A DNA stretch of 64,000 bases from Lytechinus pictus. Lineage: Eukaryota. The translations under genes and the position numbers were made by a program. This document shows positions 1 through 12,772 of the stretch, piece by piece (the stretch's first letter is position 1; the number at the start of each line of letters is the position of its first letter). The stretch covers positions 30,444,001 to 30,508,000 of the forward strand of contig NC_087245.1 in the NCBI RefSeq assembly GCF_037042905.1, given 5' to 3'. Under the pieces are notes generated by a model. The model had not been told where the DNA came from. It ran no database searches and saw only the letters and a program-made list of their open reading frames with translations.

Positions 1-1310
1 TTGATATATCCAGACGAAATACTGCAAAGGATTTATTGCTTGTTTCAAATACTATCCATCTTTGAAATAGTCTAGAATTAAAATTCACCAAATCCTGTGA
101 CCCTTCAACTTCACAATTACCACATGGCATTACACTTGTAGGACCTTTCTCTCCAATATTTGGAGATTACCGATGCAATGATCATCATTCTTGTAATAAA
201 AAATAGAAGAAAAAAAATGAAAAAAAAGTATGTGCTTTTCAAAGTACAAAAATACATAAAAATGGAAAACGGGTCTACTTAATATTCACTTTTAAACAAA
301 AAAAAAACCTAAAAAGCTAATAGTACTTGTCAAATTTTGAATGAAACTTATGAACGCAAAAAATCACTCCAAAAAATGAGAAAAAAAAAAAAAAATGCAA
401 AACTTGAAAATACAAATGTGGAAGGGGAGTTTAGGAATGTAACCTTGTAACACAAGATTGTTTTTCTGGTTCACATTCAATTGTGAACTTAAAAACAAAT
501 AAAAATGAAAAAAGAAAAAAAAAAGAGCAAAAGAAAAAAAAATATAGTCAACTTTAAATCTGGTTGATGTGCATTTATCATATTTTTAGGAATGTATTGC
601 ATTTCTTCTTTTTTTTACTTTATTTGATTTATTCAGGGTAAAAAAAAGAGCAATCTTACCTAGTGACACTTGTTATGCTTCACCTTCATGCACTTTGTGT
701 TGCGGTAATTTCACTGAAAAAATTGTCGTTTGATTTAAATACATTCAGGTTTGATGTAGTGTGTTTGAGAATTTAGACTATTAAGATTTCAAATCAATTT
801 TCTTCCTTCACTGTCAGTGATATGTTCTAACATTATAGTTTGGATGAAGTGCCTTTCTCTATGATGTAGTGTTTTTTTTTTCATTCATGTAAATAAGTTA
901 CTTTCTAGATCCCACTCTTTTCTGCTCTTGTTTTTCTTTATTGCTTGTGGTTATTTCTGTGTTATTGTTATTTTGCATGCTGTAGAAATGTTGCCCAAAG
1001 TTAATAGAGTAAATACATTTAACTTTAATGTGTGGCTCAATAGTACAAAATATTGCAATTAAATATCCTCTTTGGCATTCAAAAGGTCATTTTAATAGAT
1101 ATCACCAGAAAAAAAAAGTTGACTGAAACATAAAAATCTACAAAATGCTGGAGAAAAAAAAACGTAAATGGACACTAAAGCTGGGCAAACTTTGGTATTA
1201 ACAAGATATCAACCACAGGAGATTTATCCAGTCATGTGTTTCATTAAAAACTACAAAATAAACTTTGGTTCTTACTCTAAAACAGGTTGTTTGCGTCTTT
1301 ATTTATTGTT

Positions 1311-2420
1311 AGTCAAAAAGGGGCCTAAGCTTTCGATCCTAGCAGAATCTTCGTCGGAGGCAAAATGACAAACATATAAAGTGGAACAACCATAATATAG
1401 ACCACAAACAAGCTACAGCAACACTATAGAAACAAGGAGACAAAAGGGGCATTAGTGAGTAGAGAAGACCAATCAGGTTAGTGAAGGGGATGAAAGAAAA
1501 GGAGTAGGCAGACACAAAGGGAAGTTAGTGTGAGTAAGGCCAGTAAAAGACCTCAAGCCAAGAGGGATTAAAATAATGAGGCAGGCAACATCAAACAGGA
1601 TCTGGAACAAAACAGTGATAATGGGATGAAAAACAAGAGAATTAGTGAGAGGTGGGTCAAAACAGGTTACAAAGAAAGGCTTAATAAACTGGTGCATAAG
1701 AGTGGGGGAAAAAAAGAAGAAGAATGGGGAACAACTGATAATGTGCAAAAGACATATAAGTATATATGATAAAGCATTAAACAAACTAAGAGAAGAAGGT
1801 AAGTGTAAATATGTATCTATAAGTGATATGTATATAAATATATCCAAAAAAGAAAAAAAAAATGTATATGAAAAAATAAATAAATACACATATGGTGTAA
1901 CTGATATTGTAATCCGCTAGGTGTGACGGGAAAAAAACATAAGACTATATAGTAGGGGAAAAAAAAAAAAAAAAAAACCCTGTATATGTGAAAAAGAGGA
2001 AGCAAATTGCCTAAAAAGGTAAAAGCAAATATAGAAGAGAGGGGGTGTATTATGAAGAAACCATAGTATACATGTAAATAAGCAAATGTGGTAAATCTAA
2101 AAGAGGTGAGTGGAGAAAAAACAAATATATATATATATAATAATTATTATATCGCCTGAATAAGGAAGGAAAAATTGGAGCTGAGCTTGTATGAGATATG
2201 GGAGGAAAGTATAGTAAGAAACTATAATGTAACTATTCAAAAGAGCTGAGGGGAAAAATTATATGTATATATAAATTGAAAGTGGATAGGAAAGAAAAAT
2301 CAGTCGTTCCCCTCTTGGATGTTCAGGCCATGAGGTTGGGTGGTGCGAAGTCGTCTCATCCAGAGCTTCTCCCTGCTAGTACGGACTGAGTCAGGACGGG
2401 TACCTAAAGATTCGATGCCC
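1311..2420 (-). mobile_element. 5'-truncated Penelope-like retroelement: GIY-YIG C-terminal remnant, ~1 kb trailer and hammerhead-type end
   Basis: 2300-2419 (minus) translates GIESLGTRPDSVRTSREKLWMRRLRTTQPHGLNIQEGND*, the E-x-x-W...P-x-GLN GIY-YIG end typical of Penelope-like ORFs. The trailer is repeated at 60367-61334. Confidence 0.8.
1323..1361 (-). ncRNA. Minimal type-I hammerhead ribozyme motif (Penelope-associated)
   Basis: Minus strand GCCU-CCGACGA-A-GAUUCU(GCU)AGGAUC-GAA-AGCU-U-AGGC: stem I, variant CUGANGA core, stem II, GAAA, palindromic stem III, NUH site. Confidence 0.6.
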
Positions 2421-5174
2421 GATTATCAGTCATATGAAAAAAATTAGTTACAAGCATTTTAAGGCAAAATAAAACACTTGGAACAATTTAGGTTGCTTGA
2501 AAACAAGAAATATCAAAGATAAAGATCAATGAAAGTTTGAGATCAATTGGGGGAAAAAAGAAAGTTAAGAGCATCTGAATGTCAAGATCACTAATATGTG
2601 ATGGAGAAACCTCCCATGAAAAGACAGAAAAGTGAGAACTTGAGGGAAACGTACAGAAGTCATGGAAAGCCACACAAGTTTGACATCACACATCTTTGCC
2701 ACTTTGCTAATGGGAGGATTCCATAACGGTGATCACGACATTCAAGTGCTCACAACTTGTTAATTGTTCTCAAACTTTCATTGATCTTATTCAAGGATTT
2801 TTTTTTCTTCAGACATTGTCATTCAGTAATTGACTGAAGAATGTCCATCTCTCGGTAGGTCCATAAATACACATACTCTACAAAATAAAAAAAGATGATT
2901 GGAAAGGCCCATTGTGATCTCAACATGTTATTAAAGGGAGTAATTGTTTGTAGATATTATTGTTTCAACCTAAATAGAGTTATTGTATTGTTATGGTCAT
3001 TTTGATTTTCCATTTAGATTTGAGAAAGAAACATGAAAATCACACCATAAAATGTTTTTTATTGTATTTTCAGTATATCAACAGACAAATCATTTCACAC
3101 CAGCTCTTGAAAAAATCTAATGAACCATCAACATTAAATTGAGGCATTTTATATTACATAACACGTGGGGCAGCTGCTTTTACGACGTCACAAATCCTAA
3201 TTCTAATACCTTTCTTAATCAGACTTATAGGTGGATTTTCCTCAAACCTTTACCCAATACTAATTATTACTTTCTGATCAGGCACTCGATCTATATATTC
3301 ATATGTAAAATCGCAAAATATTTACTGTAGAACACGTTTTCATTTTATCTCTTCCACATTATCGTTTTAGTACCTATACATGCATGTATTCTAGTAATGA
3401 ATTAAAAGTCAAAGCCACATTTGGGGGGATTTAACAAAACTCATGTCTGGCTTAAAATGTAGCTACCAGTGCCAAGTGACCTTTTTGGAATCCTTCAATT
3501 TATTTTTACTCATTCATTTCCTATATATGGTCATCATTTTGACAGCTCTTTTTTATCAGAGTGACGCCATTTTGGTTAGAGAGTCACAATTTGGCCTGTA
3601 TGCTTTTGTTACACACTTGCCTAACCTAGCAGTTCTGCTATGTTGTAATTAACTTGAAGGCTGTACATTAGATGGTCCATTACAACAAGAATGATACACT
3701 ACACAATATCAGTTCAAAGTGTTAATTTACAAATTTATTGAAGAAGTACACTTTCCCTTTACAGGCAACAAGATCAAGGTGTAGTGATTCATGTTAATTG
3801 GAGAATGAACATGAGGAATGCATAGAATACAGGGAGGATACAAATCTGAATGGCAGGAATCGATATGTGTTGACATACAAATACATATTGTAGTAAAAAT
3901 ATGCAAATATGAAGTAATCAAAATATTGAAAAATTCCATTTCAAATACATGTATACAGATGTTTACAATTGATCAAATCTGTTTGCTGATTGTAATGTAA
4001 TCTTTTCTTGACAAAATAAAATAAAAACAGGATTAAAGAGACACTAAGAATGACATTTCACAGTTATTCCATACCTACGGTATGTGAACAACATTTCTGG
4101 ACGGTTAACATCACATCGGTAAAGTTGAGAAATCACACACACAGTTTTGCTTCATCTTTCCCGATATTTTACTACAATGCAATTTATGGACGATAATCCA
4201 CATCTCAGTAGCAGAATATATAATCGAGCAACCATAGCCTGCTTTATACAGCAGTATTATCAGTCCCTGAAATCTTGGCATCTGACTGGCCAAGAACTAA
4301 TTAGGTACAGAATTTAATCAAATCATACTTATGACATTTAAAAACAAATTAAATGTAACTCTGCCCTATAACGTAAAATATACGGGTGACTCTGCCTAAG
4401 TCGAAACTATTTGGATCGAAGAAACTTGTTCGACTTTATTGAAATTTTACCTTGTGTTATTAACACATTTCACATTTTCTTCTCTGAAATATGCTACGAA
4501 TAAAGCAATTCATTTGATTTGTGGAAGATCAACTTATGCAAAGTCTACTGTACAATCAATTTATTTATTGATTTAAATTGAAAATCTTTAGTAAGCAATA
4601 AATAACACTAAAGAGAAATACTTTTTTTTTTTTGGGGGGGGGGGGGTTAGTTTCCTTGTCTCTATGCTAAAGGCACAGATATTCTTTCACAAAAATGTGA
4701 GTAACTGCCAGACTTACAACGGGTAACTACAAAGTCGTGAAAACTGTCAAGTAACTGGTTCAGACACAGGGGACGAGTCGGAAAGGGATACATCCACCAG
4801 CTGCAAAACCCAATATCTAATGCTACAGCTACACCAACGAACCCGACTCCAAACCTACCGATGGCATGCTATAGGTGATAACATAATAGCTTCGGCCGGT
4901 CTGGAGTCGGTTAAGGTGTGACTATAACATCACAAAAATACCAAATATATTATAAATATCAGATAACAAACATATTGTAAATATGCAATATTTGTCACAG
5001 GGTAGTGTTTTTGTACATTCCTTTTTAATTGATTTTAATAGGTTTATTCGACAAATATAATGTAATATTTCTACATGTATATACAAGACCATATCCAGGA
5101 ATATGTACATGTAGTTCTACCTAATTATGTACAAGTATATAGAGAATATTCCGCTTCAGAGGTCACCATTCATC

Positions 5175-5213
5175 CTACTTCTTGTTTGGAGCAATTATAC
5201 CTTCCAGTTGTGT
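5175..5213 (-). CDS. DNALI1: DNALI1 terminal coding exon 6
   Basis: CACAG acceptor, TQLEGIIAPNKK then TAG. Confidence 0.92.
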   Translation of the reverse strand, partial: TQLEGIIAPNKK

Positions 5214-8200
5214 CTGTGACAGGAAAGAAATGAAAATAAGGTTATGAGCATATCAAGGATGAACATTGTTTTTAAAATACCGCAATAAAAACTATCATGA
5301 ACCTTGGTAACAAATAAAGCATGGTAAGAGGTATGAGGGAAAATGGCACAAATAGTGATGTGACCCATCTTTATTGAAAACAATGTCTATGTGTAAAGGC
5401 AAAGTGACAAATGGTCAAACAGAAGTTGCCTTTATTCATTCACTACTTTACATTATACAGCATATACTTAGCCCCCCCCCCCCCCCGATAAGAATATGGA
5501 AATGTAAGAACAAATATTTCAAACAAATAAACTTATGTTTACAAAATATTTACCCTGATCCCCCCCAACAACATAAATGAAAATACATAATCAAAATAAC
5601 AAATAATTTGCATTTCATACCTTAAGTTGTTGATTAGTCCTCTTAAGAAACTGAATCTCTTCTGCATGTTTCTTCTCTTCTACTTGTCTCCTCTCATTCT
5701 CTCTCTTCTCAATGGCCTCACATTTGGCCTTTAGTTCATTGACCTGTCGTTCCAGCTCGCGCTTCTCTTGCTCTAGGTCTGTGATCTAAAACCAAAGAAC
5801 ACATCCAAATATCCAGTTGGAGTAAGCCGATGTCCAGAAATATATCGGGGGGTATATACAAAAGAAAGTTTTCTAGATGAGGCTGATCTGGCGCCATTTT
5901 GATATCTTGCAGCATATGCTTATATGCAGGGCTAACACATGGATTAATCCAGGGATTGAGGGTCACCGAAAGCCATGGATCCCCCTTTTGTTTGGCCTCA
6001 ATGCACCTCTTTTCTTCTCATTGCCCTTTGAGATTTACTGAGCCTTTGTTTTGCTATGTCTGCATCCCCTTTTAGGTCCACATTCTGAATTCTAGATTAA
6101 TTCAAACTTTACTGTAAGGTTGTGTTAAACTATGGATAGCCAAATTTGACGCAGATCTCCAACAACATAAGTTTAATGTATCAATGCATTTGGCACTCAA
6201 AATTCATAGCTGTCTAGGAATATCAAATTGGCTTCACCACTGAAGCATATGGAAATATTACAGTACACATAAGAATACAGAATACAGGTACATAGGTATA
6301 TAGATACATGTATATGACATTAAGAGTTTAATTTGCACACAAACAGGAAGGGCATTTGCCTTTTGCCAAATAACCTGCATCATTCAGGTTGCTCTTTATA
6401 TCCAAATATGACATTGTGGGAATTCCATCTTTACCTTCTTCTCCATATCTGACTTGCCCTGCTCAGCCTGTAGTGCCTTGCGCATACCGAAGGCTACACT
6501 GCTTTCATAGAGGGTCTGGTAAGCAGCGATAGTCATCCTAATCTCATCCCTGACCCTGAGAAGGAGTAGTCCACGCTCTGCACACTCAATGGTCACCTGA
6601 CGGATCAACTCATCTGTGGTGAATCGATCAATACAGAATAGATTATGTAACTTCAAGGAACTATTCTACAGCAATCTGCTGCTCTAAGTCAATCAACTTG
6701 TTTAAAACTTCTAACTAATATAAATGTTGAAAATGTTTTACTTTGATTAAATGTGTTTAGTGGTAGAATGAAGACAGAAGACTTTTTTTGACAAAGGGCC
6801 TTTTCTTTGAATAAATACACTCAAAAACATTTTAAAAAGAAATCTGGAAGCCAACAATGGAATGCAATCTCAATCATTGATGAAAGTATGGTATGGAATA
6901 TTTTGGACTAATATGAAATCATGATAACAGAATCAAATGTAAAATCTATTTTCTGTTGAGTAAAATGAGACACTATGCAGAGTTATTAGAATTGATCATT
7001 ATTCAAAGAATAAAAATAATATATATTTACCAAAGCACTGTGAGTAAAGCTCTCTCCTAACTGGGCAGATACCTGTCTCCCTGGCCTGTCTCTGCTGAAG
7101 CCTCATGTCCAGCTGCTCTTGCAGGTTGACCACGTCCAGTCGAGTGGCCGGAGTACTGGACACCTGCTGAACCCAAAGTTGACCAGATTCTGTCCATTCC
7201 CTAGGAGCAAAGGTTAAATGATTGGACGTATTTTCTTTTTCCAAGAGAAATTATCTCCTTTTTCCTTTTGTATTTATTCATTTGTATTTTCAGTGTACTA
7301 CCACACTTATATTTGCCTCTTATGGATAAATATGTTTAGACTGCTTGAAATATCAACATGTATGAAATATGAAACATAACTACATGTATCCCACACAGCA
7401 TTGCTGACTAATCTGGACTATGTTTTGTTTTAAACAGCACACTGGACTTCAGTCACAAAAAGTTTTCATGAAACAAATAATAGTAAGAAAGTTTAACAAT
7501 ATCAATATCGTTTCTTTTCATATTGTGTACACAATGTCAACAGCCCAAATCTTGAACCATACCATGTGTAAAGGCATAGCGAAAGTTACCCTAATTTTGT
7601 ATCCATTTTTTTGGGGGGTACCTTTTTCTGATCAATTTGCTGTTCAATAACAATATCTCACCTAGGTGGCAAAATTGAGTTGAGTATTTCATCTGTCTGC
7701 TGAGCTTTCTGTGACTCTACAGGTGGAAGTTTACTACCTCCCTTGGGAGGTGGGTTGGGTACTGGGCCAGCATTGGTTGGCTGCTGTGGTGATGTCTTCA
7801 GAGCTCTTGCCTGAAATTCACATCAATGGTCGAGAGAATGGAAAATTATGTATTAATTGTATTTCATTGCATCAAATTGAGAAATTGAAAAAATAATAAT
7901 TAAATTAAACATTCAAAACCAAAGATAATGCAGTAATAATTTATCTACCAATTACAGACTTGTCCCCTATCAACCAAAATTTAAGCCTGTTTTATGAAGA
8001 TCTTCCTATCCTAGCAATCTTTAGTAGATATGAAAACTGCAACTTTTCATGAATAAGAAAAATGAGACGAATTAAAACCAAAATAAAGAATAATAGAATA
8101 CTTTTATTTTATTATGAATTACACAATACACAGCAGGTTCCTCTTCAAACATTTTTCTTATTTATTAGTGAGTCCTTGATCTTGGCAAAGAGTGCTCATG

Positions 8201-11200
8201 AAACATTTAGTGGCCCTAACAAACAACCAGGGTCGGAATTACACGGGGGCGACGGGCGATTTTGCCCCCATGACAGCCCAAATCGCCCCTAAAAATTCTC
8301 AAAACCCAATGCTTTGGGGCGACCATTTATTTCAGAATCGCCCCAATAAAATACCATCGACAATGTAAAAAATACTTCACATAATTACGTTCTCCGGCGG
8401 CGGAGCAAGTGCATCTTTTATATCGCCCTTGCCAGCTTTAAGTTGAACGGTCGATACAATATATCCGAACCTTCCGTAACACCGGAAGCTTCGCGATTGT
8501 AAATAAACGCGCAATGCAATATGGGATGCGGAGTACGCATAGTCTTTAGCACGGGGTTTTTAGAATTGTTGACGCACTTGCCGCATGGCTTATGTACATG
8601 TACGCGTGCACGATTAGACTGCACAGCTGGTAACGAGACCACGTGCATCGTACGGTATATTATGTAGGCATGCACAGAATTGTATGCGATCAGCTGGTGA
8701 TTGCGACTGCTGATTATCGACATCGTCGAGTCGGAGTGCGAGATGGATAAGTTTCTAATTCGAGTTCAACCTGGCTCTGCCAAACGGCCAGAGCCAGCGC
8801 CAGAAGCCTCTCCAAATCGAGATACTGTTGAGAAGGATAAGCCAAAAAAGAAACAGTACAGTACAGAGACAATCGACAATAAAGTATTGGGGCCTCGATT
8901 GGCTCAAATCTGAGGTGTGTGGAGCTGAAGGCGACTCTAGTGCACTAGCGTACCTACGGGGGGGGGCAGGGGGCAGTCTGCCCCCCCCCCCCTGAGGAGT
9001 CACAACCCATGCCCTTTTTTTTTTTTTTTTTTTTTTTTTGCTTGTCAATTGTTTTTGGTTGAAGACCTTTTTTTTTTTTTTTTTGCTTGTCACATTTTTG
9101 GGCGGACGAATTTGGGTACGCCACTGCTCTGGTGGGATCACTGTTGTTTATTGTAAGGCCTGTAGCCTACAGTAATTACAGTTAAAAATGTTCTGAGCTT
9201 TTAGGCATCACATTGAGTCTCGGAATGTCAAAAGGTAATTGCTGATATGCGATTAAAAAAGTAGCCCCATGAATTTGAAAATAGCCCCAAGATATTCAGT
9301 GGTAGCCCCAATGTAAAAAAAAAAGTAGCCCCTAAAAAAAATAAATTAATTCCTACCCTGCAAACAACCTTTGTCAATTCAGGCCTGGAGTCTACGAGTA
9401 CTAACTAGTGTCAAAAAACAGGTACCTGGCTAGATTAAATCCAAAGAATACAAAGAAAAATCTCGACCTAATGAATTAGGACTAAAGTTACAGGCAGGCG
9501 GTGGATAAAATTTCTAGTTGTTTGTCTAGACAAGACAGCAATTTCAGGACATTTGAGATCAATATTTCATCAATCAATTGAAAATTAGATATTATAAGGC
9601 ACAAATATTCACTTTCATTTTTGCTACAATTAATTTAGAAATTCAAGAGCAAAAGATTATGTCTTTATCTGCTTAAGTGTCTGGAGAACCCATTCCAAAT
9701 TAGGGAAGGGTGGGAGGCACAGAGGCCATGCCCATGCTGTGTTTGGAGTGTATATTTTGCTCTATTGATTTGTGCATTTTCTGTAATTGCTCCCACCCTC
9801 TGGAATAAAATCCCTACAAATATCCAAAATGCTCCCTCCGTGGAAATTTTCAAATCACTTTCAAATCAAGTCACTTAAAACTCACCTTTTCTCATAACTT
9901 GTTTTCTTTTTTCTTTTTTAATGGATTGACTGTATATTATTATAATCTGCCAACCTGTGCGCTTTGAAACACCAGTATAAAGCGCCATACAAATGTTATT
10001 ATTATTATTATTGATTTATCTATGCAGCAACCATCTGTTGATCTCTGAGATTATTAGAAGAAGCAGCTGTACTTTTAACTCCCCAGAGCCCAAGGAATCA
10101 AAAATACAAAAACAAATTTAGACAGAAACAAAACTCAACTCTTCATAAATGGGGATAGAGTCTAACGTTAGATCTACTTCTTTTGCTGAAAAAAAAATGC
10201 CTAGGAATCTGTCCGCATTAAAAAAAACAAAAACAAACATGCCCCATTACTTCTTTCTCCATTTATCCAACACTGATGGATGCACTAATGCCGACGCAAT
10301 GTGAAGCCGGTGTTCAGAATTTGTTCCTTCTTAAGTTACTAAACTAAGAGTAAGACAGACTCTAGACTAATCTGACTTGGATCTAACGTTAGCTTAGAAG
10401 CAACAAATTCTGAACACCTTCCTTGACATGGTGGTGGTGACCTTAATTTGTGCATAATTACCTAAATTGCGCACGGTAGAATATCTCAACATCCAATCAA
10501 TATCTTGAAACACTGATATCACCAATTAACAGAAAAACTTCAAAAAGCCACCCAAAATTACTCAGTATGGTAATTTTCTTGAAGGTAATTGGCAAAACAT
10601 CAGCAAAGTTTGCTACCTTTTGCGTTCGCTCCGAGAAAATCCGAACTTCTCGACAAGCATCAAGAAATCACCAGTTTGCAAGCAGTCTTTTAAAAAAGGT
10701 AAAATGTGATACCAACTGAATTTATCATGTTTATGGCATTTTAACCTCCATCTGATACAATCATCTTTCCTTTGGCTTTGTCTGCATTATTTCTTTTCTA
10801 AAGCTTTGCTAAACGATCACGCGTAAAATAAGGTCACACATTTTTATGACACTTTTTCAGCCGAGCGTGCATTAGTCGATCACCATGGAATTTTGAGATC
10901 GCAATACCAGTAGGGTGTCTGAAGCCACACTGAAAAGTGTCAGCATAAAACACCAACAGGCTGATTTAGGGGGAAATATGGCACATTTTTTCTGGAAATT
11001 CAGGCTGCTATAAAAATGTGATCTGAATTAAATATTAACTTGTGTTTGGCATGTATGGAAAGAGAAAATTCAGGGGCTTCTTTTGACAGTAAGGACAAGT
11101 TTATAGGATTATTTGAAATGAGGATTTTGGAGATAAATTGCAAACCCTTATTTGTGTGTGTGTTAAGATTGCCATTTCCCCATGCGTTTTCTATGGGAAA

Positions 11201-12772
11201 TGAAATTCTGTTTTGCACAAATTTTTCACTTTGTCGCAATTTTTCATTGTGATCTGGTTTCCAAATCTTTATAAAAATCATACCATCAGAATGAACATAA
11301 AAATTCCTATTAGACACTTTATAGACAAGTTTTTGGCATTAATAATAAATTTTTAACAGCTCTCGGAAGCTAAAAATTTGGATTTGTGTGTCCATTTCTT
11401 TACTACAGTCTATGGCAGGGAAACTTTGCTGAAAATTTACCTAATATCATTCTCCTTTTTTGCAGCCAATAATTTGATTTTTTTTTAATGTTATAATTGT
11501 TGTCATTCTGAAGGTTATTTCTCTTCAATTCAAATTCACAAAGAAAATGTGATATTTCTTGAAATAAGAAAAAAAAAAATTTTCTCCAGACACCCTACCA
11601 CTTATTTATACCGGTAATGTTAGTCGGTAGTACGGTACCAGCAAAACCCTGCCCTTGACTACTTTATAATTCCATCAAGCGAATTTGACTTTTAGGATCT
11701 TGCCTTCCATTTGGTATTTATGATTTTGATTAATTTTTGTGTGAACTGTGAGTGTTAGAATTTTTTGATTGAAAATTAGCTTCATGTGATACGGTATATT
11801 ATTTCTAAAGACTAAGAGTAAGACTAAAATCAACATGTGCACAAATTATGATCACCCCATCATAATTCATAGTATGGTCGGGGGTCCTAAAGCTGCGCGG
11901 GTCCTAAAGCTACGCACCACTCATAGCGCATGCAGTTTTTATGGCAAATGCGCACTCTGTGTGTGGAACTGTGACTGCAGATCTGACGAACGATTCCTAA
12001 TCAATTTTTTCTACAGAGGTTGCAGTAAATCTCTAAATGCAGAGAAAACAAACAACTATTTGGATTTTTGGAGTTATATTCGCTTTAATTTCATTTTATC
12101 CTATAATAATGTGAATATATTTTAGAAATTGAGGCACAGGAAATACTATTTTTTTGCATGATAAATCGAGTGCGTAGCTTTAGGACCCCTTCTACATCGG
12201 GCGGCGAAATCAAGAGGTGTTCGGAAAACATGGCGGGATTTTCGTGTTAGTGAGTTTTGCGATATTTTCTTCTTGGTTAATGATCTTCATAATGTTTGCC
12301 ACAAATTAGTGAAAGATAATTTGTTGAAATATTAAATTTAAAATTGGGATAGTTTTTGTTGTTTGAAAACAAAGTGCGTAGCTTTAGGTCCCCCCATCAT
12401 ACATTCATTATCACTGCCATGGCATACGTGTAGATAAAGTCATAAAGAGATACTTTCTAGCGTGAACAACTCTAAAAATCAGGCTTGTTTCAGCGATAAA
12501 GTTAAATATTTCGCCGCCACTATGACTATATAGCCTAATTAAGTCGCTAGCCGCAGTCAGTTTGACAGTGGTCTCGCTCAGCGCTAGCTATCGGATAGGT
12601 CCAGCCGTCTTTTCGGTCAGTTATGTGCTCAGAGCAGCGCAGTGGTGCTGCTAAACTTTTTTGCTGCAGCTGCCTTTGCTTTACAACTTACCCGAGGTGT
12701 TTTCTTCTCAGTATTTCTGCTTACAAGAACAGGGTTATCATATTTGACTAGTGACGCATTTGGTGGAATCAT
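5175..12772 (-). CDS. DNALI1: Axonemal dynein light intermediate chain 1 (p28/p33), complete spliced CDS, 260 aa: join(12692-12772,7662-7810,7031-7200,6435-6613,5621-5785,5175-5213)
   Basis: Manual splicing gives MIPPNASLVKYDNPVLVSRNTEKKTPR...ILNSILPPREWTESGQLWVQQVSSTPATRLDV...RQARETGICPVRRELYSQCFDELIRQVTIECAERGLLLLRVRDE...TQLEGIIAPNKK*. This is recognisably the p28/DNALI1 family. All introns are GT-AG and phases agree. Confidence 0.97.
5621..5785 (-). CDS. DNALI1: DNALI1 coding exon 5 (coiled coil)
   Basis: ITDLEQEKRELERQVNELKAKCEAIEKRENERRQVEEKKHAEEIQFLKRTNQQLK; 165 nt. Confidence 0.95.
6435..6613 (-). CDS. DNALI1: DNALI1 coding exon 4
   Basis: ELIRQVTIECAERGLLLLRVRDEIRMTIAAYQTLYESSVAFGMRKALQAEQGKSDMEKK; 179 nt. 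Confidence 0.95.
7031..7200 (-). CDS. DNALI1: DNALI1 coding exon 3
   Basis: EWTESGQLWVQQVSSTPATRLDV...RRELYSQCF; TAG acceptor, GTAAAT donor; 170 nt. Confidence 0.95.
7662..7810 (-). CDS. DNALI1: DNALI1 coding exon 2
   Basis: TTTCAG acceptor, ARALKTSPQQPTNAGPVPNPPPKGG...EILNSILPP, donor GTGAG; 149 nt. Confidence 0.93.
8228..9360. mobile_element. Non-autonomous hAT-like element in DNALI1 intron 1
   Basis: TIR CAGGGT(C/A)GGAATTA (13/14), perfect 8-bp TSD CAAACAAC, subterminal GCCCC/GGGGC motifs. Confidence 0.88.
8943..9126. mobile_element. Short hAT-like MITE nested in 8228-9360
   Basis: TIR CA(C/G)T(A/G)GCGTACC, TSD CTCT(A/G)GTG. Confidence 0.72.
9771..10012 (+). mobile_element. 3' remnant of an L2/CR1-type LINE
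   Basis: Translates AFSVIAPTLWNKIPTNIQNAPSVEIFKS..LKTHLF, then GCGCTTT...AAAGCGC stem and (ATT)n tail. Confidence 0.75.
10309..10418. repeat. Small inverted-repeat element (MITE-like)
   Basis: Perfect 17-bp arms GGTGTTCAGAATTTGTT / AACAAATTCTGAACACC. Confidence 0.65.
10911..11597. mobile_element. MITE, superfamily uncertain
   Basis: Ends TAGGGTGTCTG / CAGACACCCTA. Confidence 0.6.
11872..12402. mobile_element. MITE with GTATG(G/A)T..GGGG termini
   Basis: Ends GTATGGTCGGGGGTCCTAAAGCT / AGCTTTAGGTCCCCCCATCATAC; the GGTCCTAAAGCT motif is repeated internally. Confidence 0.7.
12692..12772 (-). CDS. DNALI1: DNALI1 coding exon 1
   Basis: ATG at 12772, MIPPNASLVKYDNPVLVSRNTEKKTPR, donor GTAAGT; 81 nt. 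Confidence 0.95.

Noticed and set aside
1473..1920. ORFs repeated at 60512-60952, suggesting a duplicated gene or segmental duplication
   Set aside because: Both lie in the Penelope-like trailer, indels shift frames between copies, and the flanks are unrelated. They are independent 5'-truncated insertions.
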